The translations under genes and the position numbers were made by a program. Of a stretch of 64,000 nt of DNA, positions 24,744 to 37,339 are shown piece after piece (within the stretch, counting starts at the first letter, position 1; each line of letters starts with the position of its first letter). The DNA comes from Octopus bimaculoides (Eukaryota). Location of the stretch: NCBI RefSeq assembly GCF_001194135.2, contig NC_068981.1, positions 20,901,715 through 20,965,714 of the forward strand. The letters are read 5' to 3'. Under the pieces are notes generated by a model. The model had not been told where the DNA came from, did not search any database, and was given only the letters and a program-made list of their open reading frames with translations.

Positions 24744-27700
24744 CTGAAGGACAAAAAGATAAACTGAACCACTATTTTACTAATATTGTTATCAATATAC
24801 AGTATATGTCCATAATAACATTTGACAAAGATAAGGGAAATAATTGTTGTTCACTGATACCAACATATAGTTTGTACCTTCATCTTCCCAGCAATGTTTT
24901 CTTTTGGAATATATTTTAGATATGATCTTTTTATTCTCTATGGATATTTGATAACAACAAACATACACAGAGAAATAAAAGGAATATTTCTGACAAAGAA
25001 GAATGCAACAGTGAAGTAAAGAAATCATGAATTTAGTTGTAGCCTGATTGTAAGATAGAGAACTAGATGCACTAGAAAAGAAACAAAAATAATAATGAAG
25101 TCCCAGTTTCTTCTAAATATACTGCCTCTAAGTGTTTTCTACCAACATCGCTTTCGCCAAATTGCAGCTTTTTCTTTCTCTGCGGTCATCTATACAGTAA
25201 TATCAGTAAAAATTGTAGTTAATATAAAATTCATAAAAAGGAGATAATAATGTTGTTAACGTTCCACTTACATTGAGACAAGGAAAAACATGAGTACGGC
25301 ATTCTGAGGTGGAAGGGCTTGGTGTCTCTCAACACCCATGTTGGACACAATACAGGAAATAAGAGGAGGCAGAGAAAACACTGAGACAGAATGCAGCACA
25401 TCTGTTGACCAAAAGCTTGAGTGGTCAGTGAGTGACTTTACACCAACCAGTTGAGTAGCTTTCCCTGTATGGGAAACAGCAACATTGTCCCTGATGTTAG
25501 AGCAATACTCCATTGTGGGCCTCACCTAAGCTTTGCAGAATGCCAGTAATTTTTGGGAACTGAAGTATTTTTTGGCCCCCAAAAGAATCAGTCCTTGAGA
25601 TGCAGTTCCAGTTATGTTAACAACATGATTTTGCCATAGGAGATTCTTGGTGATACTGAAGTCTAAAATTTGGAGTGATCACGAGGGTTCTAGTTTCTCT
25701 TTAGGGTGAGATGCAATAATGTTTTCTTGATCTAAAAAGTAGTTTTGTTATTTTTTGCTATTGAAAGAGACAAGATCATATATCCCCACTGGAGGATACA
25801 GTCCAGGTCATTGTTCATGGAGTCAGTGCAGATTTGATGTATGGTGTCTAAGGTGCATGAAGATGATATTTGGTTAGGGAAGAATGACATGTAGTACCTT
25901 CTGCAAAGAGTGGACATTATTGGACATGACAGAAAGAGCTCTTTCGACACACCATGATAGTACAATCTAATGAGATTCACAAGCCAAACACTGTTGATTT
26001 CTTTACTTCACCATTGCTAATGCTGAGGATAACAACACTGCATTCACCAAATTTCTCTAGGATGAGACTCCATTAGTGAGTGATATAGGAGAGGTCTCCA
26101 GTAGTTGGATCAAGTTATATGCAAGCTGGAATTGAGAACACTATTGTATATGGTTGTCTCCATTACATATGTGATAATGAAAGTGAATGTGATAGGGTCA
26201 GAGTGGTGCTCTTCTTGAGAATGGGATGCATGCAAACTGTAGTGTGTTTCTAAAGATCTAGTTATACCTCTGTTACGAGGGAGAGTATGCAGAGTTAGGT
26301 TTGCTCCTATAAGGAGCAAACTTTCAGGTGCATTGTTTGATAGAAATGGAAAAGACATTGTCAGGGTAGATGGCCTTATTAGTTTGAAGTGACAGGAAGT
26401 ATCTTTTTGAAGCTTGGAGATGGATGCAAAGCAGGTAGTTAAAGCAAAATCATTCTTGCAAATACTGCTCATAGAACTACCATGATTGAAAAGTAGAATT
26501 AAAAAAAGATTTTGTAAAATTGGTGGATATCATTAAGGCATGAGACTAGAAGGATTGGTTATACTTTGAGTGGTGGGAGAGCTCAAGAGTGGTGTGATGC
26601 ATGGATGTATCCTTGATGATTCAGAGAGTGGTCTTGCAAGAGTTATTGTGCTAAGTAAATGCCATTTAGTTTTTTACTGAAGGATGAGTTTCTCTAGTCA
26701 TTACTACACTGTTGTGTTTCTTGAACAGTTGCAATGCTGCTATGAGTGAACTAATCAGAGGACGCAGGGTGTCAGTTTTTGTTGTGGAGGGACATTCCTA
26801 AGAGAATAGTTTCAGTCACACACCAGTTTCTGATGCGGCAGGAGTGAAGCACATGTGTTGTTAGGGATAGTTAGAATAAATACAGAGGGGAGGGTTATGA
26901 TATGGTAGAGGATAAATTTGGAAGCAAGAAAGAAGTTAAGGCTATCTGTAGTGTCTGTGTGTTGGTCAGGGAGCATGACGTAAAGGATGGAATAACTTGA
27001 TGTAGAAAACTGAGGATTACAAAAGAATCCATTTCTCCACTAGTAGCATTGATGTGGCATATGTGAGAACCAAGAAGAATTGTAGTATTGAAATTACTGA
27101 AGATGATGACTTTGGAGAGGTAGTGAAGTGAAATGATGTGGCATAAAATGCAGGAGTAGACGTATTAGGAGTAGTGAAGGAAAGAAAGTTTAAGCCAGAG
27201 TAACTGGAAGTTGTCATCGCTGATATTTAAGTGAGAAAGATGAGTGACAGTGGAGTGGAAGTGGAGTCAACGTGTATGCAGATACGATCTTTTGGTGTGA
27301 AGTTTAAACAAAAAGTGTAGCTTGCACAGCTGAGATGTTGTCTGTAGGTAAGGGTTGAGAAATTTGTGCCTTGGCAAGAGGCAGCATGTTTTTCAGAAGT
27401 GATGAGAGGATCTGGGTTGGAACAAAGTCCATGAATGCTGTTCAGCAGATTTAGTTCTGGGAAAGTGTAAAAGACAATGCTGTGTTGATAAGTCATGAGA
27501 ACCTCCAGCTGGAAATCTGGTTTGAATGCAAGCAACAGAAAAAATCCCACTAAACACATTTGTGGGCCAGGTAGTGTTAAACAGAGTGGCGTGACATGTT
27601 TTAACATGCCTATCACCCAGAAAAAAAGATGGATGCCCTATGCTATTTATAACAAGACTAAGAAGAATGGTGGCCAAAACAAGAGGCAAGCAAGATGTCT

Positions 27701-27795
27701 GTAGCCCCAATGTTTTTTTACAACAGTATTCATTTATTCATTCAGATGGCAGTTTGTAGATTGTGTTTTAAGGGCAGCACTAGCAGAAAGAGAGA

Positions 27796-27835
<40 letters not shown>

Positions 27836-29001
27836 AGAAAGGAACAGGCAGAGACAAAGAGAGAAATAGATCTTGTTAGCTGCCAGTAGTTGATACCACT
27901 TGTAAATAAGATCACAACTCTTCTAGATCCATTAGATACTCAAAGGAGAAAAAAAAAATTAAGGATGCTGTTGTCTCATTTCTGCAGAGCTTATGAGCTT
28001 ATTTACATTCATTTCCCCATTAATCTGGTATCTGTAAATAATAGAATGACACTGTTATCTGTAAAGATTTGGTTGGAAGTATATTTCATTTATTTTCTTT
28101 TTGTCTTTGGATTTAATCCTTGTCTGTATATCCTGGTGAAATAGTCAAGATATTTTGCTAAGGTGTGGTTGTTCTGTTTCTATCTCAGAAAATATACTGG
28201 TTCAGTTGGATCAAGTATGAGACCTATGTGACAGGGCGGTACTGACAATGAAATGAACAGTTAAAATTCCCCACAGATAGTAATTAGCGGAGTTTATGTA
28301 ACGACCTCTCACACTCATTTTTGATGTGAGAATTCTAAGAAGGGAGTGGAGAAAGGAGGAAGAACAATATAAGATAGAAAAAGAATCAAAAGTATTTTTT
28401 AAAAATGCTTTGCATAATCTGGTGTGCCAAAAGATTATATTCCACAGAAAAAGAAAAAAACAGAACTGACCTTCTGTGGCAGCAGATTGCATGTTCATCT
28501 CCATCATTTTCTTCTTTCGATTAGAGACATACAGCAATACTTTATCCAATTCTTCAATTGAGAGATGGCGGCTATCAGCTAATAGATCTAACAAATATCT
28601 GATCTCAAATGAAGGTGGATCAAATACTTGAGTTGGTGCAGGTTTTGAAGAATTGTTTTCCTCTTTCATTTGTTGGAGATAACGTTCAAAGTTGCGTGCC
28701 ACAAGATTCATAGCATCAGCTAATGGCATATTTCTATGCTCTATTGAAAAATAAGAAAATTTTATGAGTTAGAAACGGTCTTCATTTAAGCTTACAAATA
28801 TTAGCTACAATAATTAACATTAGTGTAAAATATGAAATGTCACAGGCACAAAGAATTGTTCCTGTTTTAATTACAATAGAAATGGAAAATATTAGCATAA
28901 AGGGCTAAAACTGAATTTTCTCACAGCAGAAAGAACGATTTATGTGAAAATTAAATATGCAATCTTTATCTGGACAAGGTGACTTATCAATACCAGTAAA
29001 A

Positions 29002-29037
<36 letters not shown>

Positions 29038-29130
29038 NNNNNNNNNNNNNNNNNNNNNNNNNNNNNNNNNNNNNNNNNNNNNNNNNNNNNNNNNNNNNNN
29101 NNNNNNNNNNNNNNNNNNNNNNNNNNNNNN

Positions 29131-29164
<34 letters not shown>

Positions 29165-32100
29165 TATTTACACTCTATTGAATTTTAGCCCTCTCCATCC
29201 ATCATAAAAATATCCTATCAAAAGCACACAGCTTAAAATTGGAAGTAAGACTATATTTATTGTTCCATCTAACATGAGTTGAATAGTTTTGTAAATTTAA
29301 ATGACTCACCGGAACAAAGAAATGTGAAGTCACTACGCAAAATACGAACGGTTTTTAAAACTAACTTACCTTGAGGAGTACCTGGAAATATATGCAAGGT
29401 TAATGAATTATAAACTTCGTTTTGTGGACATATGATAATGACATATAACACTCCTTGTCGAGCTTTTTCTTCCACAAAATTCATTTGAGGAGAATCATCA
29501 GGAATTACACAGATCTCAGCACTCATGTTGAAATTTTCCAATCTTCTTTTTAAATGATCAGCATAGTCTCTACAACAGAAATGCAATGGTTTAAGTTAAG
29601 GAAATTTTTATGAGGTTCCTAACTAGCTATATATTATTACTCCAATTATATTATCAATATAGTTATCAACAGAATTATCTAAAACTTAATATGAAATAAC
29701 TGAATATAATAATATCCAGCATCTCAATTTTTACTTTTCTGAATATAATGTAATTCTTGGTTTTACTGACAGACACAATATAACCTAGTGGTTAAGAAGT
29801 TCACTTCACAATCACAAGGTCTCAGGTTCAATCCTACTGCATGGCATAATGGGAAAGCTTCTTTTCCCACAGCATTGGGTTGACGAAAGCCTTCTTAGTG
29901 GAATTGCACTGAAGCCTGTCATATGTATATACCCGAGGTCTGTCCTGAGACCCTGAACTCATAAGGATAGAGCTTAACCTGGTTCCCATTGCATATAAAT
30001 CAGTGAGATTACAACATTCTTCCTGCCTGAATGGCATGCTGATCTATCACAACAGGATTAACTTCCCAGCTATTGTTGGAACTCCTTTTACAGCTGAGTG
30101 GATTGGAGCAATGTGAAATGGGAGTGTTTTGCTCAAGAACACAATGTACTACCCAGCGTGGGAACTGAAACCACGAGGTCACGTGCCTTTACCATGTAGA
30201 CAGCATCTGTAGTTTAAAGACCCAGCCTTTCACATTAATCCCATCTAAGAACAGCCAACTCAACTAATTCAAAAGAAACATTCAAACAATGCAGTTGAAT
30301 GCTGAAGTTAACTCCTCCTACTTCCTAAACTTTCCATTAGCAGTTTGCATCACAGAGGACAAACTGAAAGTTTAAGATATTTCTTTAATATTTACATTGG
30401 TAAAACTTTAAGATCTGGGTTTAGTAATTCTATTTACCTCACACATAATGAACATACAGTAGACTCTACGCACTTGTAAAACAAAAAATCCACACAGATA
30501 AGCAGGTATGTATGTACTCATGAACATACACACATATACAGGTGATTAAGCAAAAATTCAAGTGCAAAAATTTACCTCAGCTGTGGACTTGTAATCAATA
30601 AAGAGGCATCAAATGCTGGTCTTTGTGGTGGAGCATTATTGGAATAAGGAGGATTGTCATTGAAAGGAGGACGGGTCCAGTTATTAGCTTCCCTGTCAAA
30701 AGAATCAGGTCTGTAAAAAAACAATTAACACAAAAACAAATTTTTAACCAATAGATCCACAAGGAAAATTTATAGTGATATCCTCCTGTATTTCATGACC
30801 AAAGATGGTCAATAATTCACCTCATTTTAAAGTAAAAATCTTGTGAAGATCTATAGTACATAAATGATGAGCAGATTTACTTAATCCAGCTTTGTTACCA
30901 CACTAGCTTAAAATAATCATTGTTTAAATGGATGTGGTATTTACATGAAAATAATTAGCAATCAGCAGTAAAATGTCTTAAATATTAGCATAAGGATGGG
31001 GAGTTTGAAAGTTACAATGATCTTCTCTTAAGAAGAAAAAAAAAAAAAAAAAAAAATCTATGGCTTTTCGAAAGCATTTTTGAAAATATTCTATAGTAAT
31101 AAAGGCTTATAATATCTTTTTCTACTTTAGGCACAAAGCCTGAAATTTTGGGGGAGGGGGCCTAGTCAATTAGATCGACCCAGTACGCAACTGGTACTTA
31201 ATTTATCGACCCTGAAAGGATGAAAGGCAAAGTCGACCTCGACAGAAATTGAACTCAGAATGTGAAGATAGATGAAATACCGCTAAGCATTTCGTCCTGC
31301 ATGCTAACGTTTCTGCCAGCTTGTCGCCTTCAGAGACTTATAATATCACAAGATCATCATCATCGTTTAACGTCCGCTTTCCATGCTAGCATGGGTTGGA
31401 CGATTTGACTGAGGACTGGTGAACCAGATGGCTACACCAGGTTCCAATCTGATTTGGGAGAGTTTCTACAGTTGGATGCCCTTCCTAAAGCCAACCACTC
31501 CGAGAGTTTAGTGGGTGCTTATTGATTTTATTACCAAAGCAGAATGAAATATGATAAAATTGTATTTACATTTGAAGCAAAGTTAAAATTAACTACCTTT
31601 GTTTCAATTAAATTTTATAACAAGGAATTTAGTAAAATTACAGTCATTATTAAAGTGCTGTTTGGAACATCACATGAAATTTTAATGAAAGGTTTTAATT
31701 TCATCACCTTTAAACAGGAAATGTATATCACAGAACTAAGGACAGTCTCGAGTGGGTTAATATCAAATGGTTAAATGTTGATATTTAGATCAAAACTAAA
31801 CATTTATAAAAAAACAATGTCTAACCTCGAACGATTATCTCGAAATTCATCATAATATTGATTTCCCATTGGTCCTTGTTGTGGTGGCTGTTGTTGCTGC
31901 TGTGCTGGTGGTTGTTGTAAACGCTGGTTAATGTTTGGTGGGCCATTCCATTTATTAGAATTATCAAAGAACTCCCTGCAATAAAGTAAATGAAATATCC
32001 CTTATTTCAAAAAGTGAATTAAATTAGAAAATAAACTTAAAACTCATTAAAAAAGACTGGGAAATAAATCAGGTAGAAAAACCTTCTTGAGCAAACCAAC

Positions 32101-35100
32101 TTAAACTTTTTGTTACAATATTCTACCGAAATACATTGCCTTTGTTTCCATTAATTTTGAAAATAACAACGAAATTAGTAAAATAAGTGTCATTATTAAG
32201 CTGGTTTCTGGAACTTGAACTGATGGAAGATTTTAATTTAGATCACTTTAAAACAAGAAATTTGTATTCTAGAACCAGGGGCTGTCTCAGGCAGGCTTGT
32301 ATCAAAAGGGTTAAATCAAAATATTGCAACATGTTGTTATTGCATTAGTGATAACATGCTTTCAATAAATAAACAGTTGCTCTCATCTTTACAGAGTAAA
32401 TTTGTATTCCTGGCATATTTTGGTTACAATATTCTACTGTTTAAAACAAGTTACCTAACCTGCAGATCTAGTAATCCAGAATTTGAATAATTTTTTTCAA
32501 ATGCATTAAATAAAAAAAGGGGGGGAAATGTAATAAACCTAATACAGAGTGGACTTTGAACGAAGTGTTGCAATTTTTGATAGTGTAAATAAGTCAGTCA
32601 GCAGAAGTGAAAGGAAATGAAAGCTTAAAATATCTCTCTTCCTAAATTTTATGAAAGAATTAGGTCTGATCAGTCATGCTTATGGCTCAAAACCATTGAC
32701 TGTTTATTCCAATTCAAGTGTTGGAAATATGGGGGAACTAACAACTATGTAAAACGAAATAACAAAACAACAAGAAGATAAAATAAACAAAATTCAAGCA
32801 TTTTTGCCATGAGTATCATAGATATTTAGGAAGTAATGTAAATAATTTTAAGCCAATTTAATATATTCTATATAAGTTACAGCTGTTTTTAGTTAGAAAC
32901 ACAATAATGAAATAATGGTTGTGCCGTGAGCCCTCTCTCCATCTATCATAGCAACAGAAATAATTCTACTTCAACTTGTTCCAGTAATAGTTGTACCTTG
33001 TATGGACATCTATATCATTTTTATCAAATCCTTCTATAGACAATCATAGAGTGATACTCATGGAAATAGAGCTTTTATGGTCACCTGAAATTCCACTCTA
33101 TTCACTTAACCTCCTACTGGACAACCCTTATAGCTCAATTGATCTTTCTAGAATGCAAGACTCACTATGGTATGATTAGAATCTACAATGAAGTCTGACT
33201 GCTATAAGTTAACAGAGCTAACTTATACTAAAAGTTGGTACTGAGAGTAAACAAATGATAAAAGTAATTTTTTAGTCAACATGTAGAAATGAGTTGGCCA
33301 AATTGAGGTAGAATTTAGATGTTAGATTGATTTTGGGAAACTTATTTCTGGTTGCATATTAGTGTATCGATGTTCATTAAGAGAAACAATGAAGAGATTG
33401 TTTTAGTGTAAGGAATATTTACTTTGGCTGAGTGCTGCAGTTCCTGTTGAATAACACTGACAGTAATTTCTACACCAATCATCTGAAGGTCACTAGAAAC
33501 CCAAGGAAACCATAAACTGAGATTCAAAAGCTTTGTTTTTCACTAAAATTTGAAGGGAGGAGCAACAGTTTGTGTTATGTTGTAAAGAAAGGAAATATGA
33601 GGTAGTATCAAGAAGTACCTGGACTAGTTATGCTTAATAAAAAATAACTTATTTACCTAAGTTTTAACATCATCTTCTTTGAAATAGTCATCTTGTGCAG
33701 CAATACACTGGTCCCTATGTTCCTACCACTTTTGGAATCCAGCCAGGAAGTTGTTTTCCACAACTACACTGATTTGCTCTGGATCTCAACAAGTGTCAAA
33801 ATGGTGACCACTGAGCTGCCTTTTCATCTTGGAGAAGAGATAGAAGTCTGTAGGTGCTAAATTTGGTGAATAGAGCAGGTATAGAACTAATACCATGTTG
33901 TTTAGGGTGCATTGTCGTGAAGAATCCAATCCTTTGAGCTCCACAGATCTGGTCGCTTTCGCAGAATGTCCTCCCTTAGACACTTCAAAATGTTGCAGTA
34001 GAACTCCCAATTGACAGTCTGGCCCTAGGGGATGAATTCTCAATGCACAATAATGTGGATGTCAAAAAAAATGATAAGCATGCTGTGGCTGTGTCGTACC
34101 TTCTTCAGTCATGAAGATGAAATGCTCTTCCTTTGTGACAACTGCTGCTTTATCTCAAGGTCATCAGTGGCATGCAGATGGAAATTTTGACAAACTTTGA
34201 TGCGATGTTCTTTCTGCTCAGTGGTCAGAAGGTGGGGGACAATTTTGGCAGACATGCTGCATGTTCAATTCGAATGTTAGGATTGCTTGCACGAAACTAT
34301 ACAACATACCAACAACACCAGCAATGTCATTGATTGTCCTTTGATGAATCTTATGCACAAATTGATGAATTTTCTCCACGTTTCCGGAGGTGATGCTCAT
34401 GGCAGATCTTCCAGATCACTCTTCTACTTTTGAAGCACCCATACCACATGAAACATTGCATACAACCCATTGCCTTGTCATCGTAAGTTTGCCAAAGCAT
34501 GCTCAATGTCCCTGTAGCAGACTTCCCAAGTTTAATGTAAAATTTCAAATTAGTACTTTGTGCCAACTTTCTGTCCATGACAAAATCACAGACTACAGCA
34601 TACATGTGATCACAAAAATACAAATTTCACAATTTGCAAAGTAAATACAGCAACGCCACTCGGCACACTGCTTCATGAAGGTCACTGCTAGCTCTCACTG
34701 CGCACACAACCATGTGCTGCCATCTGTTGGGGCACTACAGAACTAGTTCAGGAACTTTTTGATACCACCTCCTATCAAATGTTTCATAAAGAGATCTTCA
34801 TCCAACAATAAAAGAAAATATTCTACAAAATAAGTAAAGTAGGATAGGGTCAAGGAAAGAGAAAAGAACTTGACCAGCTACAAACCTGAAATAGAATCCA
34901 TTGACTTAATTTAGAAGACAAAGAAAACAGTAAAAGGAATCCAAAATCTTAGTGGCCACATCAGGCCTGACTGACAAAATAAGCTCTATCACTACTATTT
35001 CATTGTTTCAAGATATCTAATTGTACAAAATTACATAATAATAATGTAATAAATACACACACTATTGTATTATATATAATGGATGAAAAGATTGAGCATC

Positions 35101-37339
35101 AGAGAATCACCTTCTATGAACTTCAAAAACATAGATGGTGCTAGTTTAACTTACAAATCTATCAATACTATATCTCTGGCTAAACATTGACAGTTCGAAC
35201 ATGACATACACAGAGAAAGACACATGAGAATGGAAAGAACTTCAAAAGAATAAATATAAAAAAATACAAAACAAATTACCTGTTCTCCATTTCAGCTCCA
35301 TTCTTGCCTAAAGGTCCAGCTCTGTTGAATGGTTCGCGAAGAGGAGATCGATCCCGATTAGGCATGCCTGGATTTCCCCAAGGCTCTTTATCTCGCATAT
35401 TAAACCTTTAAAAATATTAAAAATGAAAGAAATTAAAACATAGAAGTAAAAAGCAAATAAAGAAAGAAGGCAATTTAGAAATTCCTCAAATTACTTGTAT
35501 CAGATATGGTTACCAACCAATAGGCAGCCCTGTTAGAGAAGAAATAGCCAAATATGGGTGTGTGGTTAAGAGTTTGATACCATGGCAGAGTACCTTGATC
35601 AAATGCTTTCTATGAGAGAGAGAGAAAGATTAACATACTCCTTTGTGATTTTTGTTCTACACTGTGTTACACATACTCTCTTGTCCTTGCATTCAGAAAT
35701 GAAATAGTGATTGGTTTATTGGAAATCTATACAGCCAACTCAAGTGTTCCTCAGTTGTGAAAAAAAAAGTGCTCACTGAACAAATTCCTTTGTGATATTT
35801 GTTTCACACTAGAAGCTGGTTCATTGGAAACCTACAGTCAACATAATCATTCACCAATTGTGATATAAATTAAAAGTAGGATCAGAAAATAACTGAATTT
35901 TATCTACATAACATTCATAATTTGGTATTACTTTAAAACCAAAATCAAAGTAGAATTAAAACCAGAAACCTACCTTTCATTTCTACCACTTGAATCAGAA
36001 GATTGACTTTCAACAGCCAGATTTACATCTGAGAAATTAAACAATAAAATACATTAACTCATAAAACCCATTACAGTGTTAATTTAAATAAACTACAATC
36101 AAGTTTTCTTAACATATGTTGGTTTGGTTAGTGATCCTGTTAGAAATCTTACAATCAGAGCTGGCAATTGTGTTAATTTCTAATTTAGTTTATTGTTAAA
36201 TGTAGTGGATAGGACAACCAATGTTGTCAACTGCTGCTATGGTAAAGAAAAACATTAAAAAAGGATCTTGAGCAAATGGATCAAAATATTATGGTGGTAG
36301 AATGCAAGAAGATTTCCTTTAAAACCAAGCAAGGAGACAGCCACTTGAGATGAATGGGTAACAAAAGCTGTTCAAGCTATGTCTAAGTATTACAATTAAG
36401 GTCTTCTGTGCTAGTATGACAAAATAAAATCAATGGAAGAAAAAAGAAAAAAACACCTAAATGTAAATTAGCTATCATAAAAAAAATCATTCTTGTTATT
36501 TTATCACTTAGTAACATCCAGTATAAATTGGATAGGTTTTGCAATATAATATATTTATATATGTCATCTTATGTATGAATCCTAATGTTTTCTATTTAGA
36601 ATCAAGTGAATTGGTTATATGCTTTTCTCTTTTGTAGAAGAATTTGGAAAAGAATTCATTTTAAGTTCTTCCTATTATTGTAAATTTTATCATTATATGT
36701 CATCTTATAGAAAAATTATCAAAAATAAATGTATTTTCTGGATTTAGCTTCCAATTATTTCTTCCTACAATGGATTAGATTACAAATGGTATTTAATAAT
36801 GGGGATAATTACGATGAATTACACTTATGAAATATTATCCAAATTTGACTGTTTACCAATTTGTAAGTGATATGAAACCATTCTGAGTAGAGCCAAACTC
36901 TGTTCAGTTGAGTAACACTGATGCAAGTATGGTCATATAATAAGGATTTTACTTCCTTTGAGATTTTCAAATGACTGTTAGTAATGCACTTCATATCCTG
37001 GAATTATTATCTACTAAGCATTTTTTCCCCTTGACTATTAGTGACTTGTATTGAGTAAACACTCAAGTTTCTAGAAATGACAGGAACAGTAAACAAAAAA
37101 ATGAAATAAAATGATAATTATTTTGAAAATGCTGACATAGTTTTTAAGAGAAAGATCAGTGACATGGTTTCTGACTGCTTAGCCTAACAGTAGTGTTTTG
37201 TAAAGAAATATATAGAAACATTCATTCTTACTTATTATCTGTCCTTTTATCATACAGAACATCTCCGCAGATATTGCTGCCTTTGCATCCTCTTCTTTCT
37301 CAAACTGAATGAAGGCACAGTTATGATAACTTTCAATTG
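24169..37339 (-). CDS. NCOA5: Nuclear receptor coactivator 5-like, spliced CDS (8 exons found, 5'-incomplete), with N-terminal RRM
   Basis: join(complement): 37232-37339, 35974-36028, 35280-35405, 31826-31975, 30576-30710, 29370-29569, 28471-28740, 24169-24743. All introns are GT-AG, phases match (1,2,2,2,2,1,1) and there are no internal stops. Motifs [53 protein letters not shown] and NFENPTVKRALDNLMQSGP match NCOA5 as I recall it. Confidence 0.93.
25270..27720 (-). mobile_element. Degenerate APE-type non-LTR retrotransposon (EN to RT C-terminus) in the last NCOA5 intron
   Basis: NSIHGLCSN (EN N-terminus), TTPNT...SSSSVIS (SDH region), WGYMILSLSIAK and RPTMEYCSNI (RT C-terminus) in collinear order; clade not resolved. 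Confidence 0.75.
27797..27834. repeat. (GA)n microsatellite; also (TA)n at 9880-9908, 29004-29160, 61257-61306, (TAAA)n 43210-43236, (TATC)n 43388-43418, poly-A 53191-53233, (GATA)n 58096-58122
   Basis: Directly visible simple repeats. Confidence 0.95.
28471..28740 (-). CDS. NCOA5: NCOA5 exon G ([11 protein letters not shown]...LLDLL...SAATEG) with LxxLL box at 28580-28594
   Basis: Acceptor ttttcaatag, donor G|gtcagt, 270 nt, phase 1-1; TTG TTA GAT CTA TTA encodes LLDLL. Confidence 0.93.
29370..29569 (-). CDS. NCOA5: NCOA5 exon F, anticodon-binding-like domain (DYADHLKRRLENF...SLTLHIFPGTPQ)
   Basis: Lies within ORF 29269-29586; acceptor ttctgttgtag, donor G|gtaagt, 200 nt, phase 2-1. Confidence 0.92.
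29940..30195 (-). mobile_element. SINE with Deu/Nin-like central domain
   Basis: Reverse complement reads tgtgttcttgagcaaaacact...cacattgctccaatccactcagctgtaaa, resembling conserved SINE central domains; the assignment is from memory. Confidence 0.6.
30576..30710 (-). CDS. NCOA5: NCOA5 exon E (PDSFDREANNWTRPPFNDNPPYSNNAPPQRPAFDASLLITSPQLR)
   Basis: Acceptor ttttttacag, donor AG|gtaaat, 135 nt, phase 2-2; the end supplies the first strand of the anticodon-binding-like domain. Confidence 0.88.
31117..31336 (-). mobile_element. tRNA-derived SINE (GAAGGCGGCGAGCTGGCAGAA family)
   Basis: 11-bp TSD cttataatatc at 31106 and 31337; homologous to 22797-23016. Confidence 0.9.
31525..31770. mobile_element. 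Second, more diverged copy of the piggyBac-type MITE, left end eroded
   Basis: Shares cctttgtttc.attaa.ttt...ttagtaaaat...gtcattatta...tttaattt..atcac.tttaaa with 32105-32310; ends atcaaatgg-TTAA. Confidence 0.6.
31826..31975 (-). CDS. NCOA5: NCOA5 exon D, P/Q-rich (EFFDNSNKWNGPPNINQRLQQPPAQQQQQPPQQGPMGNQYYDEFRDNRSR)
   Basis: Acceptor tactttattgcag, donor AG|gttaga, 150 nt, phase 2-2, open frame. Confidence 0.88.
32105..32310. mobile_element. piggyBac-type MITE
   Basis: TTAA at 32101-4 and 32311-4; imperfect TIR actttttgttac vs cccttttgatac; homologous to 31525-31770. Confidence 0.7.
33598..34772 (-). mobile_element. Degenerate mariner, irritans/Hsmar2-like, internally deleted
   Basis: TA TSDs at 33596-7 and 34773-4; about 32-bp imperfect TIRs (GAGGTRGTATCAARAAGTWCCTGRACTAGTT); peptides KFYIKLGKSATGTLSML and YSPNLAPTDFYLFSKMKRQLSG. 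Confidence 0.9.
35280..35405 (-). CDS. NCOA5: NCOA5 exon C (FNMRDKEPWGNPGMPNRDRSPLREPFNRAGPLGKNGAEMENR)
   Basis: Acceptor ttttaaag, donor AG|gtaatt, 126 nt, phase 2-2; RDRSPLR motif and CpG-retaining coding-like sequence. Confidence 0.88.
35974..36028 (-). CDS. NCOA5: NCOA5 exon B (NVNLAVESQSSDSSGRNER): RRM beta4 and linker
   Basis: Acceptor tttaatttctcag, donor AAG|gtaggt, 55 nt, phase 1-2; bridges the frames of exons A and C exactly. Confidence 0.85.
37232..37339 (-). CDS. NCOA5: NCOA5 exon A: RRM beta2-RNP1-helix2 (xIESYHNCAFIQFEKEEDAKAAISAEMFCMIKGQII)
   Basis: Acceptor ttttattgcag, donor A|gtaaga, 108 nt, phase 1-1; AFIQFEKEEDAKAAI is a typical RNP1 plus helix 2. Confidence 0.88.

Noticed and set aside
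24437-24919. Plus-strand ORFs 24437-24652 and 24674-24919
   Set aside because: Antisense shadows of the last NCOA5 exon.
28211-28470. C-terminal half of the 172-aa ORF (QFCFFLFLWNII...)
   Set aside because: Read-through past the G|gtcag donor into the intron; likewise 29269-29369.
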